Of a stretch of 64,000 nucleotides of DNA, positions 18,814 through 28,129 are shown piece after piece. The position numbers were made by a program, and so were the translations under genes. Below the pieces are notes generated by a model. That model did not search any database, was not told the DNA's origin, and saw only the letters and a program-made list of their open reading frames with translations. The stretch is from the NCBI GenBank assembly GCA_963555985.3, contig OY820591.1, forward strand, positions 640,001 through 704,000. The letters are read 5' to 3'. Every line of letters starts with the position of its first letter. The stretch's first letter is position 1. The stretch comes from Dehalococcoidia bacterium (GTDB lineage: Bacteria; Chloroflexota; Dehalococcoidia; Bin125).

Positions 18814-19695
18814 CTAGTGACCATCCCCCTCAACCAACTCCGGCTCCGACACACACCCATTCTCCAACGACCCAATCCCGTCAATCTCAATCCGCACCAC
18901 ATCGCCCGCCGTCAGCCACGGCGGCGGCGTCATCGCCGCCGCCACCCCCGACGGCGTCCCCGTCGCAATGATGTCCCCAGGCTCCAGCGTCATCGCTTCC
19001 GTGATGTAGGCCACGATGTCGTAGCAGTCGAAAATCAGGTGCTTCGTGTTTGAGTTCTGACGCAAGTCGCCATTCACATAGGTGCGAATCCCCAGGTTGT
19101 GCGGATCGCCCAGTTCATCCCCCGTCACGATCACCGGACCCACCGGGCCGTGCGTGTCGAACGACTTCCCCATCGTGAACTGCCGCGTCCGGTTCTGATA
19201 ATCCCGCACCGACACATCGTTCACAATCGTGTACCCCGCGATCACCCGATGCGCGTCCGCCGCCGGCACATGCCGGCACGTCTCCCCAATCACAACCCCC
19301 AGCTCGCCCTCATAGTCCACCGCCCGCGACACGCGCGGAATCTGAATCGCCCCGCCCGGATCATTCACGCAGCTCACCTGCTTCGTGAACACGGTCGGAT
19401 AGCGAGGCGTCTCCGACCCCGTCTCCGCGATGTGATCCCCGTAATTCAGGCCAATCGCCAAAAACTTCACCGGGTTCGGTACCGGCGACAGCAACTGCAC
19501 GTCACCCAGCGGCCGCCGATTCCCGCCCCGCTCCACCGCCATCTCCGCCATCACCCGCCCGTCTTCGCCCAGCGCCAGAAACTCGCGCATATCCGTCGGC
19601 GCCTCCGGCTCCGCGAGATACAGATCGACGATCTCGTCGTCCACCACGACGCCGACCCGCACCGTGTCTTCAAAGGAAAAACTGGCCAAGCGCAT
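18814..19695 (-). CDS. Fumarylacetoacetate hydrolase family protein
   Basis: IGLNY, DYEGEL, NDVSVRD, GKSFDT, TGTPSGV. Confidence 0.95.
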   Translation of the reverse strand: MRLASFSFEDTVRVGVVVDDEIVDLYLAEPEAPTDMREFLALGEDGRVMAEMAVERGGNRRPLGDVQLLSPVPNPVKFLAIGLNYGDHIAETGSETPRYPTVFTKQVSCVNDPGGAIQIPRVSRAVDYEGELGVVIGETCRHVPAADAHRVIAGYTIVNDVSVRDYQNRTRQFTMGKSFDTHGPVGPVIVTGDELGDPHNLGIRTYVNGDLRQNSNTKHLIFDCYDIVAYITEAMTLEPGDIIATGTPSGVAAAMTPPPWLTAGDVVRIEIDGIGSLENGCVSEPELVEGDGH

Positions 19696-19734
19696 TCCGC
19701 GCTCCTCTCATGAGTGGTTGTGACATGTCTCAGG

Positions 19735-22176
19735 CTAGTCGCCCCGAGCCGCGAGCGGAATCGTCCCAATCACGTCGTCCACCTCCATCTGATCGATCTC
19801 CGCCTCAGTCAACAAAGTCAGCCGCGCCAGCACCTCGCGCGTATCGCGCCCAAGCGTCGGCGACGGACGATCGACCTCCGGGCCGCTCCAGTTGCCGAAG
19901 CGGTAGGGCTGCAATGGATAGCGCCGAGCGCCCGCATAGGTGTGCTGCTGGGTGATGAAGAAGTCGCGCGCTTGCAGGTGCTGGTCTTCCAACAAGTCGC
20001 GCCCGTCGTAGACCACGCCGGCCGCAATCCGCAATCCCTGCAACTCGCGCATCAACTGCCCGGCGTCGCGCTCGCGCGTCCACTCGGCGATCGCAGCGTC
20101 GATCTCGCTACGGGCCGCGCTGCGCTCGCTGAAAGTGCCGTAGCGCCGGATCCAGTCCTCCCGACCCATCAGCCGCGCCAGATCGGCGAACTGTACGTCG
20201 CTCTCACACGCAATCGCGATCCAGTGATCGTCCTGACAGGGATAGGTGTTGTGCGGCGCGATCCGCGGGTGATAGTTCCCCACCCGCCCCGGATCTTCGC
20301 CCGAGATCGAGTACGCCGTCACCGCTTCGCCCGTGAACGACGTGGCCGTCTCGGTCTGCGAGAGGTCGATATGGCAGCCGCCCGGCTCACCCTGAGCGTT
20401 CAGCCGACGCCGGCGCTCCAACGCCGACAACAAGGCCAGCGCCCCCATGATCCCGGCCAGCGGATCGCCGCCCGTCGTCCCGCTGAAAATCGGCTGGTCG
20501 TCCGCGTAGCCCGTCAGATGCGGCAGCCCCGACATCTGCTCGGTCGTGTTGGCGAACGCCGTGTAGTGCGACCACGTACCGGTCAGCCCGAAACCAGGCA
20601 TCGAGATCATGATCAGCTCGGGATTGATCTCGCGCAGCTCCTCATACGACAGCCCGAAATTCCCCATCACACGAGGCGTGTAGTTCTCCACGAGAATGTC
20701 GGCCTCTTTGACCATGTGGCGAATCACGTCCGCGCCGCGCCGGTCGGTCAGATTGAGCGTGATCCCATGCTTGTTCCGGTTGACCCAGTTGAACTGCGGC
20801 GCCCACTCCCACCAGAACTCCTCGCTCGCGCCGCCCGCCCGCCAGCCGTCAATCCGCTGCACCGACTCCACCTTGATCACGTCCGCCCCCCCATCCGCGA
20901 AGACCAGCGACGTCATCGGCCCCGACATGAACATCGACAGATCAATCACCCGCAGCCCCTCCAGCGGCCTCTCTCCATTACTCCCGCGCCCTCCTCCGTC
21001 ATTCCCGCGCTTGTCGCGGGAATCTCGATCCCTGGCCTCCCACACTCCCGCCCGAACCTCTGCGTCATGCTCCCCCAGCAGCGGAGTCCGACTCCCTAAC
21101 GGCCGCTCCTCCCCGAACATCCACGGAATCCCCGGCATTCGCACATGACCCGCGCGCGGATGCTCAAAGTCAAAAAAGAACGCCCGCTCCCGATGCGGCA
21201 GCAAGTTCATCACATCGGACAACGTCGGAATCAACCCGAACGGAATCCGCCAAGTCTGAGCGTCGTGAAAGACATCCTCCGCCGTCCGAGGACGAGTCAG
21301 ATCGGCCAACTCGTTCGCCAGTTCGCGGGAGTTGGCCGTTCGCGCCCACGGATCGGCAAACAACGGATCCTCGATGAACTCCGGCTTGCCGAAGAACTGG
21401 CAGAGCATCTCCCACTGCGCCTGCGTCAGCACGTTCGCGCCCACATACCCATCGGAGGTGGGCAGTATGAACGACGGCGCCGGCCCGATATCGGCGCCCC
21501 GCACGCCGATCGTGCCGGTGTAGTCGTAACGCTGCACCGGCAGCAGCGCCGCGTTGACCGCCGTCTCCATCACCGACACATCCACATGATCGCCGCGACC
21601 GCGCTCCTGCGCCGCATACACCGCGATCAGCGTCGCCACCGCCGCATACGCCCCGGTCAGCGTCTCCGTCACCGAAGCCCCCAACTGAAGCGGCTCCCGA
21701 TCCGCCCGCCCGCACAGATGCGTAAACCCGCCCAGCGCCCCCGCGATCAGATGGTTCCACTCCCAATCGGCATACGGCCCCACCGACCCAAAACCGCTCA
21801 CAGTCGTCAGCACGACCCGAGGATTCCGCGCCGACAAGTCCCCATAGCCAAGCCCCCGAGCCGCCAGCGATGGCTCGGTCTCATGCGAGATCACCACATC
21901 AGCCTGCTCAAGCAACCGCGCCCGGAGCGCCAGATCGTCAGGGTTCGACGGATCGATCACCACACTGCGCTTCGACGTATTGGCGTACAGGAACGCAGCC
22001 GAAGCCTCGATGTCCTCAGACCCGGCGAACGGACCGCGCCGGCGCGCCGAGTCCCCCTGCGGCGGCTCCAGCTTGATCACGTCCGCGCCCAGATCGCCCA
22101 GCAACTTCGCCGCAAACGGAGCCGCCAGACCCTCCGAGACGTCCAAGACCCTCAGTCCATTCAGCGCCGTGGTCAT
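19735..22176 (-). CDS. Double-domain CaiB/BaiF (class III) CoA-transferase
   Basis: Two L.GLRV.D.S..GADVIK.E domains. Confidence 0.93.
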   Translation of the reverse strand: MTTALNGLRVLDVSEGLAAPFAAKLLGDLGADVIKLEPPQGDSARRRGPFAGSEDIEASAAFLYANTSKRSVVIDPSNPDDLALRARLLEQADVVISHETEPSLAARGLGYGDLSARNPRVVLTTVSGFGSVGPYADWEWNHLIAGALGGFTHLCGRADREPLQLGASVTETLTGAYAAVATLIAVYAAQERGRGDHVDVSVMETAVNAALLPVQRYDYTGTIGVRGADIGPAPSFILPTSDGYVGANVLTQAQWEMLCQFFGKPEFIEDPLFADPWARTANSRELANELADLTRPRTAEDVFHDAQTWRIPFGLIPTLSDVMNLLPHRERAFFFDFEHPRAGHVRMPGIPWMFGEERPLGSRTPLLGEHDAEVRAGVWEARDRDSRDKRGNDGGGRGSNGERPLEGLRVIDLSMFMSGPMTSLVFADGGADVIKVESVQRIDGWRAGGASEEFWWEWAPQFNWVNRNKHGITLNLTDRRGADVIRHMVKEADILVENYTPRVMGNFGLSYEELREINPELIMISMPGFGLTGTWSHYTAFANTTEQMSGLPHLTGYADDQPIFSGTTGGDPLAGIMGALALLSALERRRRLNAQGEPGGCHIDLSQTETATSFTGEAVTAYSISGEDPGRVGNYHPRIAPHNTYPCQDDHWIAIACESDVQFADLARLMGREDWIRRYGTFSERSAARSEIDAAIAEWTRERDAGQLMRELQGLRIAAGVVYDGRDLLEDQHLQARDFFITQQHTYAGARRYPLQPYRFGNWSGPEVDRPSPTLGRDTREVLARLTLLTEAEIDQMEVDDVIGTIPLAARGD
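20997..21024 (+). repeat. CGTC-type REP palindrome inside the CoA-transferase linker
   Basis: CGTCATTCCCGCG-cttgt-CGCGGGAATC. Confidence 0.8.
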
Positions 22177-22307
22177 GTCGCCGCTCCGACCTGCAACTCC
22201 AACCCGTGCAGGGTAATCGTTGTCGATTCCAGTCGAATGGAACTTTCAGTCCCCGCTTCACGCGGGGACCAGCTCGGTCGGTGGGAGCCACTGGCCAACT
22301 CCCAACC

Positions 22308-22544
22308 TCAGCGCCCCGAGCGCTGCTTGTGCATCGGCAACTGCGTCGCCATCCGATGCTCCGGCGATTTGTAGTGCTCGTAGAGCTCTTCGCGCAGCGC
22401 GTCTTCCGCTTCTGAGGAGAACGCCGCCTCGCAAGGATCGCAACTCACCGTCACCGGCCCGGCGTCCGCCGCGACTCCGCGAAAGGCGTCCCGCGCCGTC
22501 CTCCGCGCGAGCTGTTCGTGCAGGCGATTGCGAAAACTTGCCAT
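22308..22544 (-). CDS. Small protein with C2H2-like zinc finger
   Basis: CDPCEAAF...LYEHYKSPEH. Confidence 0.55.
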   Translation of the reverse strand: MASFRNRLHEQLARRTARDAFRGVAADAGPVTVSCDPCEAAFSSEAEDALREELYEHYKSPEHRMATQLPMHKQRSGR

Positions 22545-22560
22545 CCCGTTCCAGCTTTCC

Positions 22561-22660
22561 GAGGCCGTTGCAAACTCCCGTTTCCGTCATTCCTGCGAAC
22601 GCGGGAATCCATCCAGCGCATCGAGTGAGACGTGGATTCTCGCGTTCGCAAGAATCACGA
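22561..22660. repeat. MITE-end plus inverted pair of CGTC-type REPs
   Basis: GAGGCCGTTGCAAA then CGTCATTCCTGCGAACGCGGGAATCC and inverted GGATTCTCGCGTTCGCAAGAATCACG. Confidence 0.75.
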
Positions 22661-22759
22661 AACGCTCAGATCGGGAATCTTGCAAGGCGCTCCTTTCCCA
22701 GAGACACCTAGACTCAGGCCAGCGTACGGCAAGGTCCGAAACAAGGCTTGGAGTTGGGC

Positions 22760-24328
22760 ATGGTCTGGGAACCCGAAGTCGAAGAACTGCGCCATCGCAC
22801 CGAACTCTCCGCACGCGGAGGCACACCCGACCGCATCGCCCGACAGCACCGACTCGGACGCCTCACCGTCCGCGAACGCATCGAGAACCTGCTCGATCCC
22901 GGTTCCTTCCACGAAGTCGGAGCGCTCGCCGGCCTGGGCGAGTACGAAGACGGCGAATTGGCCAACTTCACCCCCGCCTCCTACGTCATGGGCCTCGGCA
23001 AAATCGACGGCCGCACCGTCGCCGTCGGCGGCGAGGACTTCACCATCCAGGGCGGCTCCGCGCTCTTCCCCATGCAGCGCTCCAAAGGCGGACTCGGCGG
23101 ATTCTGCGAAGAGTTGGCGGTCGAATACCGCGTACCCCTGATCCTCCTGATCGACGGCGCCGGCGCCAACGTCGGCGCGACCAAGAAGATGGGCACGACC
23201 TATCTCCCCAACGGCGGTACCAACTTCGTCACCTCAATTGAGGCGATGCGCAACGTGCCCGTGCTGGCGGGCGTCCTGGGCGCAATCGCCGGCGGCCCCT
23301 CCGGTCGCGCCATGATGGTCCACTGGAGCGTGATGACCAAAGGCCGCTCCGCCATGTTCGCCGCCGGCCCGCCGGTCGTGAAGCGCGGCATCGGACACGA
23401 CGTCACCAACGAGTCGCTGGGCGGATCGCAGGTCCACGTCCACACCTCGGGCTGCATCGACAACGAAGCCGAAGACGAACCCGACGCCTTCCGCCAAATC
23501 CGCACGATGCTCTCCTACCTGCCCGACAACGTGAACGAACTCCCGCCCGCCGCGCCCGCCCTCGACGCCCCCGAAGGCGCGGGCGAGCAGCTGATCGACC
23601 TCGTCCCCCGCAACACCCGCCGCCCCTACTCGATGTACAAGCTGATCCGCTCCGTCGTCGACGGCGGCGAGTTCTTCGAGATCAAACCCCATTGGGGCAC
23701 AGCCGTAATCACCGCCTTCGCCCGCATCGACGGACTCCCCATCGGCATCGTCGCCAACAACCCGCTCAAGAACGGCGGCGCGCTCGATCGCGACGGCTCT
23801 GACAAGCAGACTCACTTCCTCGAGCTCTGCAACTACTTCCACATCCCCATCGTCTACCTGGTCGACGTGCCCGGCTTCATGATCGGCGAGCAGGCCGAGC
23901 GCGAGGGCACCCTCCGCTCCGGCATGAGAGCCGTCTGGGTCGGCCTCCAGGCGACCGTGCCGCAACTCACCATCGTGATCCGCAAGTGCTACGGCATGGC
24001 CGGCATGGCCACCGGCAACCCCCGCCGCCTCAACTACCGCCTCGGCTGGCCCTCGGGCGAGTGGGGCAGCATCCCCATCGAAGGCGGCGTCGACGCCGCC
24101 TACCGCCGCGAAATCGCCAACGCCCCCGACCCCGCCGCCAAGCGAGACGAAATCGAAGCCGACCTCCGCAAGCTCCGCAACGTCTTCCGAACCGCCGAAA
24201 CCTTCGGCATCGAAGAAATCATCGACCCCCGCCAAACCCGAACCTACCTCCAACAATTCGTCGAACGAGCCTACAAAGTCCTCCCCTACGAACTCGAATC
24301 CAAACCCCTCCACGGAGTCCGCCCCTAA
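22760..24328 (+). CDS. Acyl-CoA carboxylase carboxyltransferase subunit
   Basis: GRLTVRERI, DFTIQGGS, LVDVPGFMIG, EIIDPRQTR. Confidence 0.93.
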   Translation: MVWEPEVEELRHRTELSARGGTPDRIARQHRLGRLTVRERIENLLDPGSFHEVGALAGLGEYEDGELANFTPASYVMGLGKIDGRTVAVGGEDFTIQGGSALFPMQRSKGGLGGFCEELAVEYRVPLILLIDGAGANVGATKKMGTTYLPNGGTNFVTSIEAMRNVPVLAGVLGAIAGGPSGRAMMVHWSVMTKGRSAMFAAGPPVVKRGIGHDVTNESLGGSQVHVHTSGCIDNEAEDEPDAFRQIRTMLSYLPDNVNELPPAAPALDAPEGAGEQLIDLVPRNTRRPYSMYKLIRSVVDGGEFFEIKPHWGTAVITAFARIDGLPIGIVANNPLKNGGALDRDGSDKQTHFLELCNYFHIPIVYLVDVPGFMIGEQAEREGTLRSGMRAVWVGLQATVPQLTIVIRKCYGMAGMATGNPRRLNYRLGWPSGEWGSIPIEGGVDAAYRREIANAPDPAAKRDEIEADLRKLRNVFRTAETFGIEEIIDPRQTRTYLQQFVERAYKVLPYELESKPLHGVRP

Positions 24329-24363
24329 ACCAAGAGCCAACCCCCTCCCCCCTCCCCCTTGAA

Positions 24364-24655
24364 GAGACCTGCGCGTAAATCCCCAATTCCGTCATTCCCG
24401 CGAACGCGGGAATCCATGCAGCGTCTCGAATGGCATCCGGACTCCCGCCTGCGGAGACCGTTGCGAAATCCCCACCTCCGTCATCCCCGCCCCAACAAGT
24501 TCCGTCATCCCCGCCCCAACAAACTCCGTCATACCCGCGCCCCGTCGCGGGTATCTCGCCGTGACCAGCACCCAACCCCCAAACCCCACCTCCCCTCTCC
24601 CCCCCTCCGCGGGGGGAGATGTCGCGTAGCGACAGAGGGGGGGACTCCCCAACCC
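24364..24655 (+). repeat. Mosaic repeat cluster (MITE ends, CGTC REPs, 24-bp tandem units, family B)
   Basis: GAGACCTGCGCG end, REP 24390-24415, CCGTCATCCCCGCCCCAACAA x2, REP 24526-24556, family B 24594-24643. Confidence 0.85.
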
Positions 24656-24750
24656 TCAGTCAACCACGACACACCCCCAAATTACCCACCCGAACACCCA
24701 TCCATATAAGATCAAGTGTCCTTCATTGAGCAAGAGAGGAACCCGGACCC

Positions 24751-25113
24751 ATGCCCTTCAACTACACCTACCAGTCCGCCATGAACGGCGTCGGCGAGCT
24801 CGCCTTCTGCAAGCGCGAACCCGGCTACGTCCGCGCCCAAGCCTTCGCCATCCTGCGCCGCGAACTCTCCCCGGCCAACCCCAAGAGCCGCGAGATCCAC
24901 CACGCGCTCGGCATCGAACCCCACCCCGAGCCCGCGCCCCGCCCCAACCACTCTCACCTGCCCGAAGCGCCGCTCACCCCCGAGCAGCAGAAGGACTTCC
25001 ACCTCAACCCGATCTTCCAAGTCTACGACGAGGTGATGGCGCTCGTGCACGGGGACGACGTCCCCTTCGGCGAAGACGAAGAAAGCACGGAGGAAGAGGA
25101 TGAGCCTCAGTAA
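24751..25113 (+). CDS. Small protein upstream of terminase (putative terminase small subunit-like)
   Basis: GAGAGGA RBS; overlaps terL start; paralog at 37618-37833 shares RELSPANPKSREI. Confidence 0.7.
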   Translation: MPFNYTYQSAMNGVGELAFCKREPGYVRAQAFAILRRELSPANPKSREIHHALGIEPHPEPAPRPNHSHLPEAPLTPEQQKDFHLNPIFQVYDEVMALVHGDDVPFGEDEESTEEEDEPQ

Positions 25114-26518
25114 TACCCCTGCCTCGAAGCGGTTGAACCGAGCGTTCGACCGCTTCCACGACGCCCGCGATTTTTTTCCGACGGACAGACAGCGCGAGCT
25201 CTATAGCGCAGTCGCTACCGTGCCTAACCCCGGCCTCGCTCTGGTCGGGTACGGCGGCGCCATGGGCGGCGGCAAGACGCGAGCGCTGGTCGAACTCGCG
25301 ATCGACGCCGCCTTGTTCTACCCGGGCAACGACATCCTGATCGGGCGAGACGCCTACACCAATCTCGCCACCACCACGATGCGCGAGTTTGACCGCCATT
25401 GTCCGTCGGAACTGGTTGTCGCCCGACGACAGAGCCCGACCCATTCCGCCGCCCTGCGAATGCCGCACTGGCCCGACGGGGTCGTCTCCACCGTCCACTT
25501 CCGCCACCTCTCCGACTGGACCGGCCTCGGCTCCCAGCAGTACGGCACCGTGCTGATCGACGAAGCCGGCGAAGTGGCCGAAGAAGCCGCCCAGATGCTG
25601 CTCACTCGCCTCAGACACCCGGCCCAGCCCCAGCGCTGGTTCGTGGCCGCCTCCAACCCCCACCCGGGCTGGTTCGAGCGCTGGTTCGTCCAACGCGAAC
25701 TGAACAAAGCTGAACTGGAGCACGCCGGCGGACAAGCCCGCTTCATCCCCGCCAAGATCGAGGACAACCCCCACCTGCCCGACAACTACGCCGAGCAGCA
25801 GCGCGCCCTGCTCCCGCCCGATTGGGTCGAACGCTTCATCGAAGGCCGCTTCGACGCCTTCGAGGGCCTGGTCTACCCCAAGTTCAACCCCAAACTGCAC
25901 CTCTGGGATAAGCGCCTGCCCAGCTTCGAGCGCTACCTCGGCGGCCTCGACTTCGGCGCTCAGACCGAACAAGCCCACTACACCGCCGGCATCGTCGCCG
26001 GCCTCACTACCCGCTACGCCGTCTGCGGACCCAACGTCTTGATCCGCCTGGCCGAGTTCGAGGACAGAGGCCCCGGCGTCACCCAGCGGCTCGAACAGTG
26101 GATGCTCCAGTGCCGCCGGCGCTTCGGCTCAATCAGTTGGAACGCCGACCGCACACAGTCCGCCTGGATCGATCACCTTCACCGCCGCGGGCGCGACATC
26201 CGCCCCAGCCGGGGCGGGCCCGGCTCCGTCCACCAGGGCATCGGCCTCGTGCAAGAACGCCTTTCGAGCGACCCGCCGACCTCCTTCTACACCCCCGAGC
26301 TCGTCCAGTTCCCGCGCCGCATGAGGGAGTACCAGTGGCGAGACCCCCGCGCCGCCAACCCCCAACCCCGGGACCGCGACGACGACCTCCTCGACGCCGA
26401 CCGCTACTGCCACGAGCTGGCCCAACCCCAACTCGAACCGCCAACCACCCGGATCGAGTTCTTCCACCTCCCGCCGCTCGACCGCGGCCGCATCGCCAGC
26501 ATGAGAAATCAGCTCTAA
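25100..26518 (+). CDS. Phage-type terminase large subunit
   Basis: Walker A YGGAMGGGKT, Walker B VLIDEA, motif III ASNP, DNPHLP..Y, nuclease GGLDFG and DDLLDADRY. Confidence 0.9.
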   Translation: MSLSNTPASKRLNRAFDRFHDARDFFPTDRQRELYSAVATVPNPGLALVGYGGAMGGGKTRALVELAIDAALFYPGNDILIGRDAYTNLATTTMREFDRHCPSELVVARRQSPTHSAALRMPHWPDGVVSTVHFRHLSDWTGLGSQQYGTVLIDEAGEVAEEAAQMLLTRLRHPAQPQRWFVAASNPHPGWFERWFVQRELNKAELEHAGGQARFIPAKIEDNPHLPDNYAEQQRALLPPDWVERFIEGRFDAFEGLVYPKFNPKLHLWDKRLPSFERYLGGLDFGAQTEQAHYTAGIVAGLTTRYAVCGPNVLIRLAEFEDRGPGVTQRLEQWMLQCRRRFGSISWNADRTQSAWIDHLHRRGRDIRPSRGGPGSVHQGIGLVQERLSSDPPTSFYTPELVQFPRRMREYQWRDPRAANPQPRDRDDDLLDADRYCHELAQPQLEPPTTRIEFFHLPPLDRGRIASMRNQL

Positions 26519-26537
26519 CCCATGCCCACCCACAATG

Positions 26538-26719
26538 CCGTCATCCCCGCCCCCAAGAATCTCCCCCTCAAGGGGGAGATGCCCCAACGGGGCAGAGGGG
26601 GTGAAACGCCACCCCCAGCACAAACGCCCCCAACCAACCTCCCCTCTCCCCCCCCTCTGCGGAGCCTGTCCCCGCGCACGCGGGGAGGGAGATGCCGCGC
26701 AGGCGGGGGACAGAGGGGG
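26538..26719 (+). repeat. Repeat cluster: truncated CGTC unit and two family B double hairpins
   Basis: CTCCCCCTCAAGGGGGAGATGCCCCAACGGGGCAGAGGGGG and a longer variant. Confidence 0.75.
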
Positions 26720-26764
26720 TCCGCCCACCCCCACCCCCTACGCTGAACCCAAAAGGAAGCGCCC

Positions 26765-27922
26765 ATGAGCATCGAACTCTCCGAAGCCCAACGCCTGCTC
26801 CGAGACACCGTCCGCGCCTTCGCCAACGACCACATCGACCCCATCGCCGACGACATCGACCGCCACGACCGCTGGCCCGATCACCTCTGGCCGATGCTCG
26901 GCGAACTCGGCCTGCTCGGCGTCACCATCGACGAGCGCTACGGCGGCTCCGACGCCGGACTCCTGGCCGGCGTCATCGCCACCGAGGAAATCGCCCGCGC
27001 CAGCGCCTCCATCGCCCTCTCCTACGGCGCCCACGCCAACCTCTGCGCCAACAACATCCACAGCAACGGCAACGAAGCCCAAAAACAGCGCTACCTGCCC
27101 GGCCTCTGTAGCGGCGAACAGGTCGGCGCGCTCGCTCTCACCGAACCCGAAGCCGGCTCCGACGCCGTCGGCATCCGCACCACCGCCGTCCGCGACGGCG
27201 ACGTCTACCGCCTCAACGGCTCCAAAATGTTCATCACCAACGGCTCCGTCGCCGACACCCTCGTGCTCTACGCCAAAACCGACCCCGACGCCGGCTCGCG
27301 CGGCATCACCGCCTTCATCGTCGAATCCTCCTTCGAAGGCTTCAGCGTCGGCCAACACCTCGACAAGGTCGGACACCGTGGCTCCCCAACCGCCGAACTG
27401 ATCCTCGACGACTGCATCGTCCCCGCCGAAAACATCCTCCGCGCAGAGGGGCGCGGCGCAGGCGTAATGATGCAGGGACTCGCCGTCGAACGCGCCTTCC
27501 TCGCCGGAGAACCCCTCGGCATCGCCCAGGCCGCCCTCGATACCGCCGTCGAATACGCCCGCCAACGACGCCAGTTCGGACAGCGCATCGGCGACTTCCA
27601 ACTCATCCAGGCCATGCTCGCCGACATGTACACCGAACTCGAAGCCGCCCGCTGGCTCGTCTACCGCACCGCCCACATCGTCGAACAAGCCGCCGCTCGC
27701 GGCGAGCGCAGCAACAAAGAAGCCGCCGCCGCCATCCTCTACTCCGCCGAAATGTCCTCCCGCGTCGCCGACAAAGCCGTCCAAATCCACGGCGGCTACG
27801 GCTACATGTCCGAAAGCCGCGTCGCACGCTACGTCAGAGACGCCAAACTCCTCGAAATCGGCGCCGGCACCAGCGAAATCCGACGCCTCCTCATCGGCCG
27901 CGAACTCATCGGCCCAGAGTAA
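26765..27922 (+). CDS. Acyl-CoA dehydrogenase (isovaleryl-CoA DH-like)
   Basis: LSYGAHANLC, ALTEPEAGSD, GSKMFITNG, RDAKLLEIGAGTSEIRR. Confidence 0.95.
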   Translation: MSIELSEAQRLLRDTVRAFANDHIDPIADDIDRHDRWPDHLWPMLGELGLLGVTIDERYGGSDAGLLAGVIATEEIARASASIALSYGAHANLCANNIHSNGNEAQKQRYLPGLCSGEQVGALALTEPEAGSDAVGIRTTAVRDGDVYRLNGSKMFITNGSVADTLVLYAKTDPDAGSRGITAFIVESSFEGFSVGQHLDKVGHRGSPTAELILDDCIVPAENILRAEGRGAGVMMQGLAVERAFLAGEPLGIAQAALDTAVEYARQRRQFGQRIGDFQLIQAMLADMYTELEAARWLVYRTAHIVEQAAARGERSNKEAAAAILYSAEMSSRVADKAVQIHGGYGYMSESRVARYVRDAKLLEIGAGTSEIRRLLIGRELIGPE

Positions 27923-27954
27923 GAACACGGGGGCAGGCCGCCAGAAAACATCGA

Positions 27955-27983
27955 TTGACAATCGCGAACGAAAACGGCAAGAT
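27955..27983 (+). promoter_or_regulatory. Sigma70-type promoter with no downstream sense CDS
   Basis: TTGACA-17 nt-CAAGAT; same architecture as 63171-63199. Confidence 0.55.
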
Positions 27984-27989
27984 GAGCGA

Positions 27990-28117
27990 CGAGGGCCGAC
28001 GCCTGCGCAGCGGGAATTGGTCCCGTCGCTGGAGGCGGCGAACGCAGGCTCCGTGTCGCGCCGCTGAGACCAAAGGGGCTCGAAGGTCAGCTTCTGCCAT
28101 TGCGGGGGCTGGCCTTC
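27990..28117 (+). ncRNA. Candidate structured RNA at the 3' end of DUF3800
   Basis: Nested stems GCCTGCG/CGCAGGC, CAGCG/CGCTG, GGGA/TCCC; hairpin GAAGGTCAGC/GCTGGCCTTC at 28082-28117. Confidence 0.4.
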
Positions 28118-28129
28118 ACTCTCCCACCA

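Noticed and set aside
24478-24556. 24-bp tandem units as a CRISPR array
   Set aside because: No unique spacers, only 2-3 units, derived from the REP, no cas genes
24690-24709. LexA box (GAAC-N4-GTTC) in the small-gene leaders
   Set aside because: Both copies read GAAC-N4-ATCC, two mismatches in the right half; too weak to call
22760-27922. Prophage around the terminase
   Set aside because: No portal, capsid, tail, integrase or att-like pair; flanks are metabolic genes
27990-28117. tRNA-Sec, SRP, tmRNA or 6S identity for the candidate RNA
   Set aside because: No cloverleaf, no SRP GGAA loop motif, no tmRNA ends recognisable
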